From: Piromyces finnis finn | Taxonomy: Eukaryota; Fungi; Neocallimastigomycota | NCBI GenBank assembly: GCA_002104945.1 | Contig: MCFH01000013.1 | Coordinates: 372,001-436,000 of the forward strand | Length of the DNA stretch: 64,000 bases | Direction of reading: 5' to 3' | Part shown: positions 1-12,948 of the stretch, in pieces | Position numbering within the stretch: the first letter of the stretch is position 1 | Layout of the letters: every line of letters starts with the position of its first letter | Position numbers and translations under genes: made by a program | Notes under the pieces: generated by a model | The model's input: the letters and a program-made list of their open reading frames with translations, nothing else | Database searches by the model: none | Told to the model about the DNA's origin: nothing

Positions 1-1742
1 TTTTTTTTTTGGAAAATATACATTATTCAATTATTTTAAAATAATATGGTATTCAATATTTCTATGAACTTTAACGTTTTTACATTAACACTTTAGAAAA
101 AAAAAAAAAAAAAACACTTTTTTTTATATAAAACTATAAAATGTACCTATTTTTTTTTATATTTTTTTAAAAAAAAATTTATTTAAATAAAAAAATTTAA
201 CAAAATGCAAAAGATATTTTCTTTAACCATGAATATGTGTATGTGTAAAAAAAAAAAAAAAAGTTATATATTCATGGTTTAAATGCTTTTATTTTATAAA
301 AGATTTTTATATATTTTTGTATATTTTTATATGTTTTTAAATACAAAAGAAATAAAACTAAAAATAATTATCTATTGATAAATATTTTTATTTTTATTTT
401 TTTTTTAAAAAAAAATATTTTGTATATTTATGTTTATATATTTCTTTATATTTATTTTTGCTTTTCGTTTGTTTTTGGTTTTATTTCGTTGTTGTTTTTA
501 ATTTTACTTTTTTGCTTTTATTTACCAATTTTTATTCTGTTTTATAAATTTGTTATTTATGATTATTGGTTTTTATGCTTTTTTAAATGTTTTTTTTTTT
601 ATGTAATATAGTTTTGTGTTATTTAACAAAACTTTTTTTTTTTTTTTTTGTAAAATAAATGTTATTTTTATTTGTTTTTATTTTTTAAACTAAAATAAAA
701 ATGTATTGAATATTGAATAGGTTTTACGTTTTGGTTATTATTATTTTTAGTTCTTTGTATTTATGTTTTGCTTTTTGAATAAAGGAAAAACGAATTTAAA
801 AAAAAAAAAACACAAATATATTTATATTTATAATAAACAAAATTGTTTATTATATATAAAATATATTTTTTTTCCTTTTTTTTTTTTTTTTTGGCTTTAA
901 TCTTTAGATTTTTATAAAAAAAATATTTATGCATTATGTTGAAAATATATATAAAAATAATATAATAAAATTATATTAAATTCATATATTTATGGGAATT
1001 TGGATTGAATAATAATTTTATATGAATTTTAAAATTTATAATTTTTTTATTATGATGATTTGGTATCATAACGTATTCTTTTATTAAAATCACATAGGAT
1101 TTTAATTTTAATTATAATTTTAAAAGATTACATTATTCAATTTCTTCTCTTCATGTAATGATGGAATTAAATAAATAAATGTTAAAATAATATATATTTA
1201 ATGATTTGTTGTTCTTTTTCTCCTGCATCTTTTACTCCCTTTTCCTTTTCCTTTTTTTTTTTTTTTTTTTTTTTTGAAGCGTTATTGTTAATAAACAGTT
1301 TCCGAAAGAATGGTTGGGGAAAAAATAAATCAGTTATATATTATTCATTAGTTTAATGTAATGATAATTACAAATCATAATTACTGGAAATTATACTAAT
1401 TAAAAAACTTCAAAATAATGGAATTAAATATTAAATTAATTCTATGACATTAAAATTGGATAGAAAGAAAAGACGTCTTAGCTTTTCATCCTGAAATATA
1501 AAAAAGGAAAAAATTAACAAAATTTTCTCATTTTCTCCAAATGATATATATATTCTTTTTTTCTTTTCCTCTTTCATTTATATAAATAAATAAATTAGAT
1601 GAATTGAATGCCGAAAAAAAAAAGTATTATTTTCATTTTACTTTCTTATTTAAACATCTTTTGTTATACTGGAAATGGTCGTTCTAATGTTATAATAATA
1701 AAAAAAGGATAAATAAAATAAATATTAAACATACTATTTAAT

Positions 1743-3501
1743 TTATGCTGAAGTTGAAGTTGTGGTGGAATTAATTATGGTTTGTTGTTGGCGTTGTAAA
1801 GCAAGAACTTGTTGTACGAGCATTTGTTGTTGTTGTTGAGCTAAAGCGGCAACGGTTGCAGCAGAAACTGCTGGATTGGAGTGTATATTACGATTTGCGA
1901 TAGATGCATTTGCAGCAGCGGAATTAAATTGTTGAATAGTAGAATGATCTACACACCAGTGGCGGTGACCAGTAATCCATGCTGCTTTTTGACACTCACG
2001 TGAACAGTAAGCATTAACTTGACAACGACCACATTTGTAGAATTCTCTTGGATAAGATTCCATCTTTAAGCAATTAAGATTGGAACACATTCTCAAGTTT
2101 TGACTATTCTTCTTAAAGGCATTACGCATAATAATGGTAGCCCAGTAACGGATTTCAGGTGGATGAGAAGAGGTAGTAAAGAATTCTATAAGTTGATAAA
2201 TATCATGCTCCATATGACTTTGATTACTCATAATATTACGAAGATCACTATATTTACAGGTACAAGCAATCATTTTAAGTGCCAAAATAAAATCATCAAC
2301 TGAAAACTTTAACTTTTTGAAGATACTTGGATAAATTTCTGAAAGATTTAATATCTTATAAACATTACCATTTATTCCTTGACTACCATTGGTAGTGTTT
2401 ATAGAATTAGAATCATCTAGAGGACTAGTAGCTTCAGTATTATTTTCAGAAATACGTTGGGTTTGTGGAATTGAATTAATAGTAAAATCAATATTATTAG
2501 TACTTTGTTGAATATCTATTGATTCACCAGTTTCTTCTTCTCTAATATTATCTAAAACATTTGCTACTCTGTTGGTCATATTGTTAGAAGAAGAAGTTTG
2601 ACCTTGCTTCTTAACATGATGCCACATGTATTTAACAATATTTTGTTTATAGCAATAAAAGGAAAGTAATTCTTGTTGAGATTTTCCTTGTGTTGGACTA
2701 CCAAATAAACTATAACTACTACTACCACTACTACGGCGGCGGCGAAGAGCATTAATCATTAATGGTGTTAAAGAGGTAGCTGCATTTATATTATCACTAT
2801 TACCATTTGTTGGAAAGACAATTTCATTATATATATAATTCTGATATTTTGGTGAAGAAGAATAGAGAAATGGAGCATTACCATCTTCGTTAATATATGA
2901 CGCATTAGATGTATTATCATTAACAGAAGTATCAGAATGTTCATTTCCTGAAATGAGCTGAGGTGATTCTGTTTGATAACTTAGATACATTTCTATTTGT
3001 TCTTTCTGAATTTGTTCAACAACTTTATGGAAATTTAATAAAAGTCGTTCAACAATTATTGGAATAGTACCTATTTCAATGTTAGAAAAAAAAATTTAAA
3101 AATATTATTAATAATGTTTAAACAATTTCTAGAAATATTATAGAATGAAATCTATCACTATATATATTATACTCACCTGAATAAATAATTTTTCTTCTTA
3201 TTTTTCCATTACCACGAATAGTCATTATAGCTAAGCAACGGAAAGCCAATGACCATATTTTATTCTGCATGTTTTTATATTTCTTATTTCTTAATATACT
3301 GACAAGTTGTTCTACAGCACCATCCTTAGCAAGTTGTTCTCTTATTTTCTTTGAAGTATTACAAAGAGTTAATAAATTAGATAAACTAATACTTAATGGA
3401 AGGTATGAGGTACTATCAAGAGCTCTACGATCATAACTATTACTTGTAATGACAATAGCAGCTCTATTTAAAGCGAAATTGGAAAAGTTTGATTCTCTCA
3501 T
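1743..3501 (-). CDS. samB: MYND-type zinc finger protein, samB/MUB1 family (2 exons; intron 3071-3176)
   Basis: N-terminus MRESNFSNFALNRAAIVITSNSYDRRALDSTSYLPL resembles the samB/Mub1 start. The GT-AG intron joins ...IIYSG to TIPIIVERLL in frame. C-terminal MYND finger CSNLNC...CGRC...YCSRECQKAAW..GHRHWC. Confidence 0.85.
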
Positions 3502-6500
3502 ATTTTTATTATGTTTTCTTTCCAAAAAAAAGAATTACTTTTTTTTTTGCTGTTCCTGAGCTTATTACTCTTTTTTTTTTTTAATTTATTCTTTGTTCTT
3601 TATAATTAATTGTTTATTTTTTGAAAAATAATTAATTTCTTTATTAAATTATATTACTTTTCTTTTTATTACTATTGTAATTTTTTTGATTTGTTTTTTT
3701 TATATTACTATTTGTTTTATTATAATTCTTTCTTTTTATTATTTTTTATTTTACATGTATATATATATATAATTTTAATTTTTTGAAATTTTTTTAATAT
3801 ACTAATATATATACAATTGATGGAATAATAATAAATTCGTCTTAATAATATATAGATTTTAAAATTTCATACAAGTATTTCACAATTAATTTTGATTTGA
3901 TGAAATAATAAAGTGATATAAACCTATATAATATATAGTAAAAAAAAAAGGAAGCTCGCTCTTTATTATAAAATTAAAATATATATAAAGAAAAGAAAAA
4001 AAATTTTACAAGAAAAAATAAAACTATTTATAAGAAAAAGAAAAAAGAAGAAAAAAGTAAAAAAAAAAATAAAATATATTTAATACTTATATATTGTATA
4101 TACTATTACAAGTTATTATTCAATGTAATAACATGTATTATTTGACTTCTAATTCCTTTTATCTTGATATTATTCGAATATTTTTGTTTTATTCTCTATT
4201 ATTTTTTTTTTGTCTTTTTATATATATTTAATTTATTATTATTCTTTTATTTTGTTATTATTCTTTAATTTAGTTTCTTTTTTGTTTATTAATAAGTTTT
4301 GAATACATAAATAGTTTGATAGTATTTATTTTTATACCTTTGCTTTTCTTTTTATCCTTCTACTATCAATTATATTTTATGTATAATTAATTTGAAAAAT
4401 TTGTTTTAATTATTATTAATATTGATTTATTTTGTTATAATTTTTCTTTTATTTCTTTTGTTTTTTTTTTCCTTTAACTTCTTTGAATGTTATAGGAATA
4501 AGAAAAATCCTAAAAATAGAAGTTATTTTCTAATTTTTCTTTATTTTTTAAAAAATATTTTAGTTTTTTTTTTTTAGATTTAATGTATAAGATTACAATT
4601 ATATTTTTATTTTAGTTTTTTTTATTTAAAAAAAAAAATATTAGGGTCATTTATATTTATATATAAACGTTTTTTTGTTTTTAAAGAAAAATAACATCAA
4701 ATTTTTGTAATACCATTCATATAATTCATTAATATATTAGTTTATATTAATGTAACATATTATATAGTATATAAATATGAATAGTATTGCATTTAATTCA
4801 ATATATTATATTATTATATAATATAAATATATTATAATATATATTATGAAAGTGAATAATAATAAAATTTAAATTAAAAAAAATGAATAAAATAAAAATT
4901 TTTACCTTACCAATAATAGTAATAGTAATTATAATAATGAAAAAACAATAAGCCATACGTTCTTAAAACTATCTTCCGTTGTTTATAGGTATGTCTATTT
5001 TATATAAACTAGTTGTATTAGGGTTAAATTACCATACCATTGCTTTATTTATTTTACTTTAATACCATTATTTTTTCTATCCCAAATTAATACTATTAAT
5101 TATAAAATGCTCTTGTGTTTTACAACTTTCTATAAAATGTATACAAATAATACATAATACATTAAATCCTAATTTTTCATCACATTTTTTTAAATAATAT
5201 TAGTTTTTTAATTCATGACAATTTCCTTTTTTGTTCTGAATTCTAAACACAATTAATATATGAACAAATGTATTGTATAATATATTAAATTTAATTAGAA
5301 TTTTTTTAAAAATTATCCTCTTTTTAATAAAAAAATAAATAAATAAAAAGTATGATGAATTACATAAATAATTGCTATTAATGGTAATCAATTAAAATTA
5401 AAAATTAATTAAATGAATATATAAAATAGATTTAAATAAATATATTAATAAAAGTAAATAAATAATTAGAAATCAAAAGAAAATTAAAAGCCTTTTTGTA
5501 CAATGTTGCTTTTTTTAAAAAAAAAAAAAGTAATTCTTAGGGTAATACAAAAGATTATAACATTATAACAAGAAAGGTAAAAAAAAAAAAAGAGAGGGAA
5601 AGTGGGAAAAAATGAAAATTAATAATAATAAAAAAATATGACTTTATATAATTAAAAGCATTAATTGAATAGTTATTCAAATGATTACTCTATTGAGATT
5701 ATATAGTAATGAATAATTATGTTTTATAATTATTATTTTATATAAATAAATCTATAATAAATTGGTTAATAATGCAGAAATATTAATTTTTAAACTCTTT
5801 AAAGTTTGATAAATAGATGCATTCAATTTATTTAATAAAAAAAAACAAAAAGCCAAAAAAGAAGGATTTTGCATATAACGATAATATAGAAATAAAAGAA
5901 AATAAGAAATAAAAGAAAATTATACTATATATAATAATTCACTACATAAATAAATATTTATTTATTATTTAAATTATTATTGATCTGAAGAACATGGTTT
6001 CTTTCTTCTTTAGGTGCGTATTATTATAATTACATCTTATAATGATTCTCTTGATTATAATTTTAATGCTGGTTTAAAAAAGGTACATTAAAAATTTCTA
6101 AATAAAAAAAGCCTTTTTTAAAAATTAAAAATAAAATATTACCAAATATGGAAAGTATAAATGAGCATTGAACAGAAAGGAGTTTAAAAAAAAATAGTAT
6201 ATTAATGAATCAACCGTTTTAAAGTATTGACCATAGAGATAGGTTTATTTTTTATCCATAGATTATAAATATATATAAAAGGTAATATTTTTAAATATTG
6301 GTATGGGTATAGCATTGATTTTAAATATAAAGATTCTTTATTTTTTTTATCTACACTAGTATTACTACATGTATTAAATCATTTTATTAATAATGATTTT
6401 TATTGTATTATTTTACATTAATAGCATAATTTGTATACATTACATTTCTTAAAAATGTTTTAAGATTATTTATTATATTAAATTTTTTTTAATTTTAATC

Positions 6501-7380
6501 CACTCATTCATTTATTCTATTAACAATATAAAATTATATATTGAAATTCTATTGATTTATAGATTTTTATTGATATTCTATATATTAGAGTACAATCAAT
6601 TAAATTAAAATACTATATAAATTTTTGATATTTTAAATATTAAAAGATATGAATAATTGAAAAAGTTTATAATTTATTATTTCGTTATATATTAAACTTT
6701 ATTTAATATCAAAATAAATTACTGTTACAAAAAACCATCTGTGTAACCTATTATAAACAACAAAATATTCTTTTTTATTATGATAGGTTATTTATCTTTT
6801 ATATATATGTCATTTGACTAGAAATAATTTTATGTAAAGACATAGATTTATGTGAATTTAAGAAATGATTTTATACATTCAAAATTTCCATAAAAAGAAA
6901 TATACTATTGTATGACTTAAATTCTAGAATATAAAGCAATATATAGTGTCAATAGATTATTATATCAAAGAAATATTAAATATGCTAAATAGATCACCAT
7001 TTTTAAAAAAAGCATAATTATTAATATTTCCTTTTTTATCGTTACATCAAAGTTGTAATGTTGAACATCAGTATGCATGACTGCTTGACTCATTTATTAT
7101 TACAAATTTGCATATCAATATATTACATTTTAAGTAATAATAATTATATAATAATTATCACCATGAACTAAAATAAGGATTAAGAAATAGTTAAAATATT
7201 TATAAAAAGTGTAGTTATACTAATTTGTTTAGGTAATATATAATAGATTTATTTTTAATGACAGCAAATATTTTAAAAAACCTTTATGGAATTAAAATTA
7301 TAATATATATTTATAAATTATAAATAAATTTAAAAAAAAAAAGTAATTTTAACGCAATGAATGATACATTTTAAAAATGT

Positions 7381-7956
7381 AAAAAGGTCACTATCATACT
7401 AAAATATAATAATTGCACCTGATACTCAATAATAAAAATCCAGCGTCAAAGGTTAAATTATGATTATGATCGCCATTGGTTGTGTTGGTCCTTCTGACCT
7501 GTCTTACTGTTTCTTCAATATCGACGCTCTTGACTGTTACTTTAAACCTTTCGGACATTGACAATTGTTGGTCAATAACAAAAGATTAAAAGATTTTGAA
7601 ATGACCATCAAAAATCAAAAATGAATATCTTTCGTAAGTGTCTTGTTTAATTTGACATTTACAATGTTTTTTCCATTCTTTGATTTATTGTAAAGTTAAA
7701 GCTTTCCCCCCTCCAAAAAAAAAAAAAAAATAAAAAATAAGATATTTAAATATTTTTATGAATACGCTAAGATATTTTTATTCATTAATATTTTCTGGAT
7801 TATTAGAATTATCATTAACTAAATTATTATTTAAAGTATGAGTATTTTTCATACTTAAAAATTAGAATTATCATTTTCACATTATTACTATTAATAGGAT
7901 CATTATTAACGGCATCAAATATTTTTAAACTTTATCATTAAGCTAATTAAAATTAT

Positions 7957-7989
<33 letters not shown>

Positions 7990-8037
7990 GGCATCAAATA
8001 TTTTAAACTTTATTATTAATTTAATTAAAATTATAAT
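7381..8037 (-). mobile_element. Degenerate 3' fragment of the same LINE family as 8110-11654
   Basis: 7381-7620 aligns by eye to the 3' end/UTR of the neighbouring element (gccattggttgtgttggtcc..gtcttactgtttcttca vs tccattggttgcgctggccc..gtcttactgtttcttca; ctatcatactaaaatataataattg vs ctattatactaaagtataataattg). It carries many substitutions and indels. Confidence 0.8.
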
Positions 8038-8109
8038 ACATGTAATATAAAAATTAAAATAAAATATGTTTAAATAAACACAAATGAATAAAAATAGGGT
8101 ATAATGTAT

Positions 8110-11100
8110 TCTAGTAATTTTAATTAAAGTAAGAAAGCCACTATTATACTAAAGTATAATAATTGTATTTGACTTCCAATGGGACACCGAGCCAAAGACC
8201 AAAATTTTATCATGGGACAAAATTATGATCTCCATTGGTTGCGCTGGCCCTCCTGGCCTGTCTTACTGTTTCTTCAGCATTGACGCTCTTGGATGTTGCT
8301 TCAAACCTTTTGAACATTGACCATTGCTGGCCAATAGCAAAAGGCATGATTTTGGTTAGAAGTTCCGCGGTTACCGTCAAGAATGGTGTTCCTTCATTAG
8401 TACCAGATTGAATCTGACGCTTACAAAGTTCTTTCCATTCCCTTGAATTGTAATTAATATTGTTAAAACTTCTTCCCCCAAGAAGGAATTTAAATATTTT
8501 ACTGCACACACTAGAATAATCATACACATTAATATTCACCGGATTATTAGAACTATTACTATCATTAACTAAATTACTATCTAAATTAGAATTATTATCT
8601 TCACTATTGCTATCATTACTAATATTATTATTTCTATTACTACTATTGTAATTATTACTATTGTTATTATTACTATTGTTACTATTACTATTACTGTTAT
8701 TGCTATCTCTACTGATATTAACATTTTCATTATTATTGATAGGACTATTGGAATTACGTTGACTGAAAAAATTTAATAGCTGGACTATGGAATCATAATG
8801 TTTAATACGGATATCTCTAAATGTTGGACAATCTAATAACCAATGTTTAATACTTTGATCTCCACACTTGCAACATGGACAGTAGTTAGGACAAACTGGA
8901 TCAACAAATTTAGCAGCTTTGGCAACTCTAGCATCCAACTTATATCCGCTTCTTGCTTTCAATAGCCAGTAGAAGCCATAGGCAAACTCTGGGTACTCAT
9001 AACATAATTTAATAAAATCTTTAGTTTCAATAAATTTATTATCATCATAATATTGCGCTTTGATTGAATTCCCTTTGAGATCTTTCCAATAAAAGTTTTT
9101 AACTGCTTTAACATCTCCATGCTTCTTTAGTTTTTTATCAAGTGTCCTACTTGATTTGCACCACGTGGATTTTCTAAATTTAGGAATGTAATTGACAAGG
9201 TGTGAGATAATACAATTTGAGTTTTTCCATTTGTTAAAACATCTAACCTGAGCTAACGCACATTTGGCTGACAATGGAGGAATATTCAAATCTTTTGAAA
9301 TAGAGTATAAAGATATAAACGATACAGCTTTATGAACTCCGGCAACCCATCGTATTCCTTTGTTAACATGCTTCTGAGCAATCCTAGACCTAGCTTTGTT
9401 GGATCCAAGTAATGGTGCAAAGTATGAAACTCTGCTAATCACTTGAGAGTTAAGTACTAGTTTTTTGAAAGGAATAGGAATATTAGGATTTCTTAAGAAT
9501 TTACTGACTGAGAAAAGTCCTTTCAAAACCTTGTTATTAAGAACTTTAATTACTGGTTTAAGGGACAAATTACAAATTCTTATCAAATGGAACACCAAGA
9601 TAAGTATAACAATCAGTAGTTGGAATGGGTTGTCCTGCTAAGTAAAATGTTGGATCTCTCTTGTTCTGATTTTCTATTGATTCAGGACGAATCACCATCG
9701 TTGAACATTTCTGGATACCAAATTCCATTTCATTATACAATGCCCATTCATTAACTCTTCTTAGCATCTTTTTTAAGCATCCTCTTGTTGGAGCACAAAT
9801 AACTATATCATCTGCAAAAAGTCCACCACAGCATCGAGTGTCACCTAAACTGACTCCGAGATCTTCGCACTCTCTAAATATATCATTAATAAAGAGATTA
9901 AAGAGAATAGGAGAAAGAGGGCATCCTTGACGGACTCCTTTCTTCACATCAAAAGATTTCGAGAATTGTCCATCTAATTTGACATTAGCCTTAGATGTTA
10001 AATATAAATTTTTGATGAATTGTAAACTCTTACCTCGGATTCCTAAACAATCTAATTTATGGAGAATATTACCGATTGGGACTGAATCGTATGCTTTCCT
10101 GAGATCTAAAAAGGCCAAATATGTCTCTTTATTATCTAATTGACGTCTACGGCATATTTCTTGGATTGAAATGAAAAGACTGATACTTTCTTCCTTTTTT
10201 CGAAAACCAAATTGTTCAGGTCTAATGAAATTATTCTTTAGACCATATTCTGAAATTCTAGTGGTGACAATTTTGGAAATCAACTTAATACCATTATTGA
10301 TAAGTGATATACCTCGATAGTTATCACAATCTGTCAAATCTCCCTTCTTAGGAATAGAAACAATACTGGATTCATTCCAAGAGCTGGGGAAATCTCCATC
10401 CCAAATACGGTTGAATAATTTAAGAATAAAATTTAACCCATAAGCATCATTATCTGAAGTGGTATTACCGGAAGAATTATTATCTGTAGCATTATTAGAA
10501 TCATTACTTGATGGAATTAATGCTTTGTAAAATTCAATTGGAATACCATCTGGACCTGATGCTTTATAATTTGGAGTAGAGAGGATAGCTGACTTGACTT
10601 CATCAATACTAATATCTTGGTTGATATCCCATTCATCAAGCATAGGAAGTGAAAAACGTTTATTCATTGGTTCTTCATACCAATGCTCCAAATCAAGACT
10701 TACACCACTCGGATCTGATGCAAGCTTTTCGAAATGATCATGCCACACTTCAAGTTGTTCTTCCGTAGCAACAACTAATTCTCCATTTTTATTTTTAATT
10801 GGTTGAGCAATAAAGAAAGAATCTTTTCCAATTTTTGCAGTTTTCTTGATCCATTTCCAGGCCTTCTTAGGATTATGACTCTTCATATACTCACATCCTG
10901 TTTTAATCCAATGAAGATATTCTTGTTTCCTAAATTCATTACATCTTTTGTGGATGTAATCAATGAGCTTACGGTAGATTTTAATTCTTTTAATAAATTC
11001 ATCTATATCATAAATTCTTTCTTTTTTAAATCTCTTATACAACTTCATTTTGATTTTTTGGAGATTAAAAATTTGTTGTGAAATATGAAATGAAGACTTA

Positions 11101-11654
11101 ATAACATTATTTGCTGAGGTAATACTGAACTCGTCTGCAATTGAAAAAGCAGTTGAAGTAAACTCTTTGGAAAGTTCATCTGTAGAAACATTAGGATCGT
11201 TGAATTTTGCTAAAAGTATTTGGAATTTATTATAACTGAGAATAGATTCCTTTTCCTCAATACATTTTACTCTATTCCATTTCAGAATTTTCTTAGGAAC
11301 ATTAAAGTCATTAGAAAAATCTTCCATAGGAATAATTTTACCATTAATAAGAAGTGGCTTATGGTCTGATACAGGATAAAAATTATTTATAAATGATCCT
11401 GAGTGAATAAGATCTTTCATCTTCGAATTGATAAGAGCATGGTCAATGTCGGAAGATTGATCACCTCGAGTCCAAGAGATAGTCGACCCTCTAAGCGGAA
11501 GAATTTCCCAATCTCCTAATCCATTAGTTGATAACCAGTTGGATAATTTTACTTTAGACATATTAAAATCACCAACAAGAAAGCCAATACCATCACTTTC
11601 ATGTGTTACAATATTGAATGATATATTATTGTTATCATCATCATTTAATGTTTC
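8110..11654 (-). mobile_element. Non-LTR retrotransposon (LINE): partial APE endonuclease, reverse transcriptase and C-terminal CCHC zinc-binding region; 5'-incomplete, frameshifted
   Basis: The frame is open to 11654 and holds APE motifs GDFN, IDHAL and SDHKPL. RT motifs: NYRGISL, QFGFR, FLDLRKAYDSV, GVRQGCPLSPILFNLFI, FADD, YLG. C-terminal CPCCKCGDQSIKHWLLDC. GC is higher than the flanks. The outer boundaries are approximate. Confidence 0.93.
8210..11561 (-). pseudogene. LINE ORF2 split into two frames (9570-11561 and 8210-9598) by a 7-bp duplication
   Basis: ACAAATT-ACAAATT at 9565-9578. Removing one copy restores ...YLGVPFDKNLSLKPVIKVL... and one 1,114-aa ORF counted from the Met at 11561. 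Confidence 0.88.
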
Positions 11655-12302
11655 TTACAGGAAGGTGTTTTAGCGCAATGAATTGATATAGCTTTAAATA
11701 ATTTATTTCTACTATCACTTACAACTATTATTTGTTATTTTTGTAACTATTATTATCATTAATAGAACCATTTGAATGAGTTTTTTAAAGATAGTTAAAT
11801 ATTTGGATTAGACAATTGTAATATTTAATACAAATATCATTAAATTTTATGTTAATAAAATTATTTTATTTAAAGCATTAGTTCTATGCTGTGATTATTT
11901 ATATTAAATTTTTATTAATTTGATATGATTTATATTATTTCCTTTTTATTCAAACACATTATTATAATTTTTATATAAATACCCTTTATATATCTTTTTT
12001 AAAAATATTTTATTATTTTTATATTAATTAATATTATAATATAATAAATATAATATATGATAAGTAGTAGATTATGTAGCTTTATAATTTATGTAGATTA
12101 ATCCATGAATATTTTTATTATTTAAAAAAAAATAAAGTTTAGAATAGGTGAATAATTATGACGATTTAAATAATAATGAATAGGCAATATAATTATGAAA
12201 TAAATTTTGGAAATAAAATAGAAAAAGAATTTTTTAAAATAAAAGTATATTGACAGAGATGTAAAATAGGTAATATAAATATGATAAAATTTATGAATTT
12301 TT

Positions 12303-12948
12303 TTATATTGCAATATGATTTTCTTTCTTGATTTTTTTATCCTTTGAATTCTTTCTTTTACCAAAACAACAACAGCAACAAAGGGTGACAATGCTTACCA
12401 AAATTAATATAAGTAGTGTTGCTATTACTGTAGTATTTTCTTTAATAAATAGTTTTGATCTTTCATTTTTACACACATTATTATTACAATAATTAGAAAG
12501 ACATTCCTTATCTTTATTACATGAGGAGTAAAGTGGCAAACCACAGTTATTTTTGTCTCCTATGAAATTACAATTTATAAGTTGACCAACACATATTTTT
12601 TTTTCACAAGAATTACTTAAACAATCTTGATTGGCGGTACAAGAAGCATTGGTTAAATATTTTTTGTTGGTATGGTTCTCGACACATCTGGTTTTATTTT
12701 GGACACAAGAAATGGAAAAAATACATTTTTTATTTAAACAATATTCATTATAAGGACAATCTTTATCTTCGATACATTCTGTTATTTCAATTCTAAAATA
12801 ATAAAAAAAATATATGTATATTTTTTTTAAAAATTAGATATATTTCAATTTATTCATTCTATTATACTTCTTTTTATTTACTATATATAATTTACTTCTG
12901 ATGAAGTTTTAATGCATCTTCATATGAAAAAATTGTTTCATTACTCAT
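12303..12948 (-). CDS. Cys-rich single-pass membrane protein, ~180 aa (2 exons; intron 12793-12895)
   Basis: Exon 1 MSNETIFSYEDALKLHQ splices in frame to IEITECIEDKDCPYNEYCLNKKC...CTANQDCLSNSCEKKIC...CNKDKECLSNYCNNNVC, then a hydrophobic helix, CCCCC and a basic tail. Confidence 0.75.

Noticed and set aside
375-611. 78-aa F/I/L/Y-rich ORF, and similar short hydrophobic ORFs (5200, 17568, 24287, 33443, 47897)
   Set aside because: These arise from T-rich non-coding DNA and carry no motifs or coding-like composition.
9570-9598. Programmed ribosomal frameshift between the two LINE ORFs
   Set aside because: No slippery heptamer, and a simple 7-bp duplication fully explains the overlap.
10803-11081. 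Plus-strand 92-aa ORF inside the LINE, and other antisense ORFs (2100, 26194, 29764, 61758, 63039)
   Set aside because: They lie opposite well-supported coding exons and have no independent motifs.
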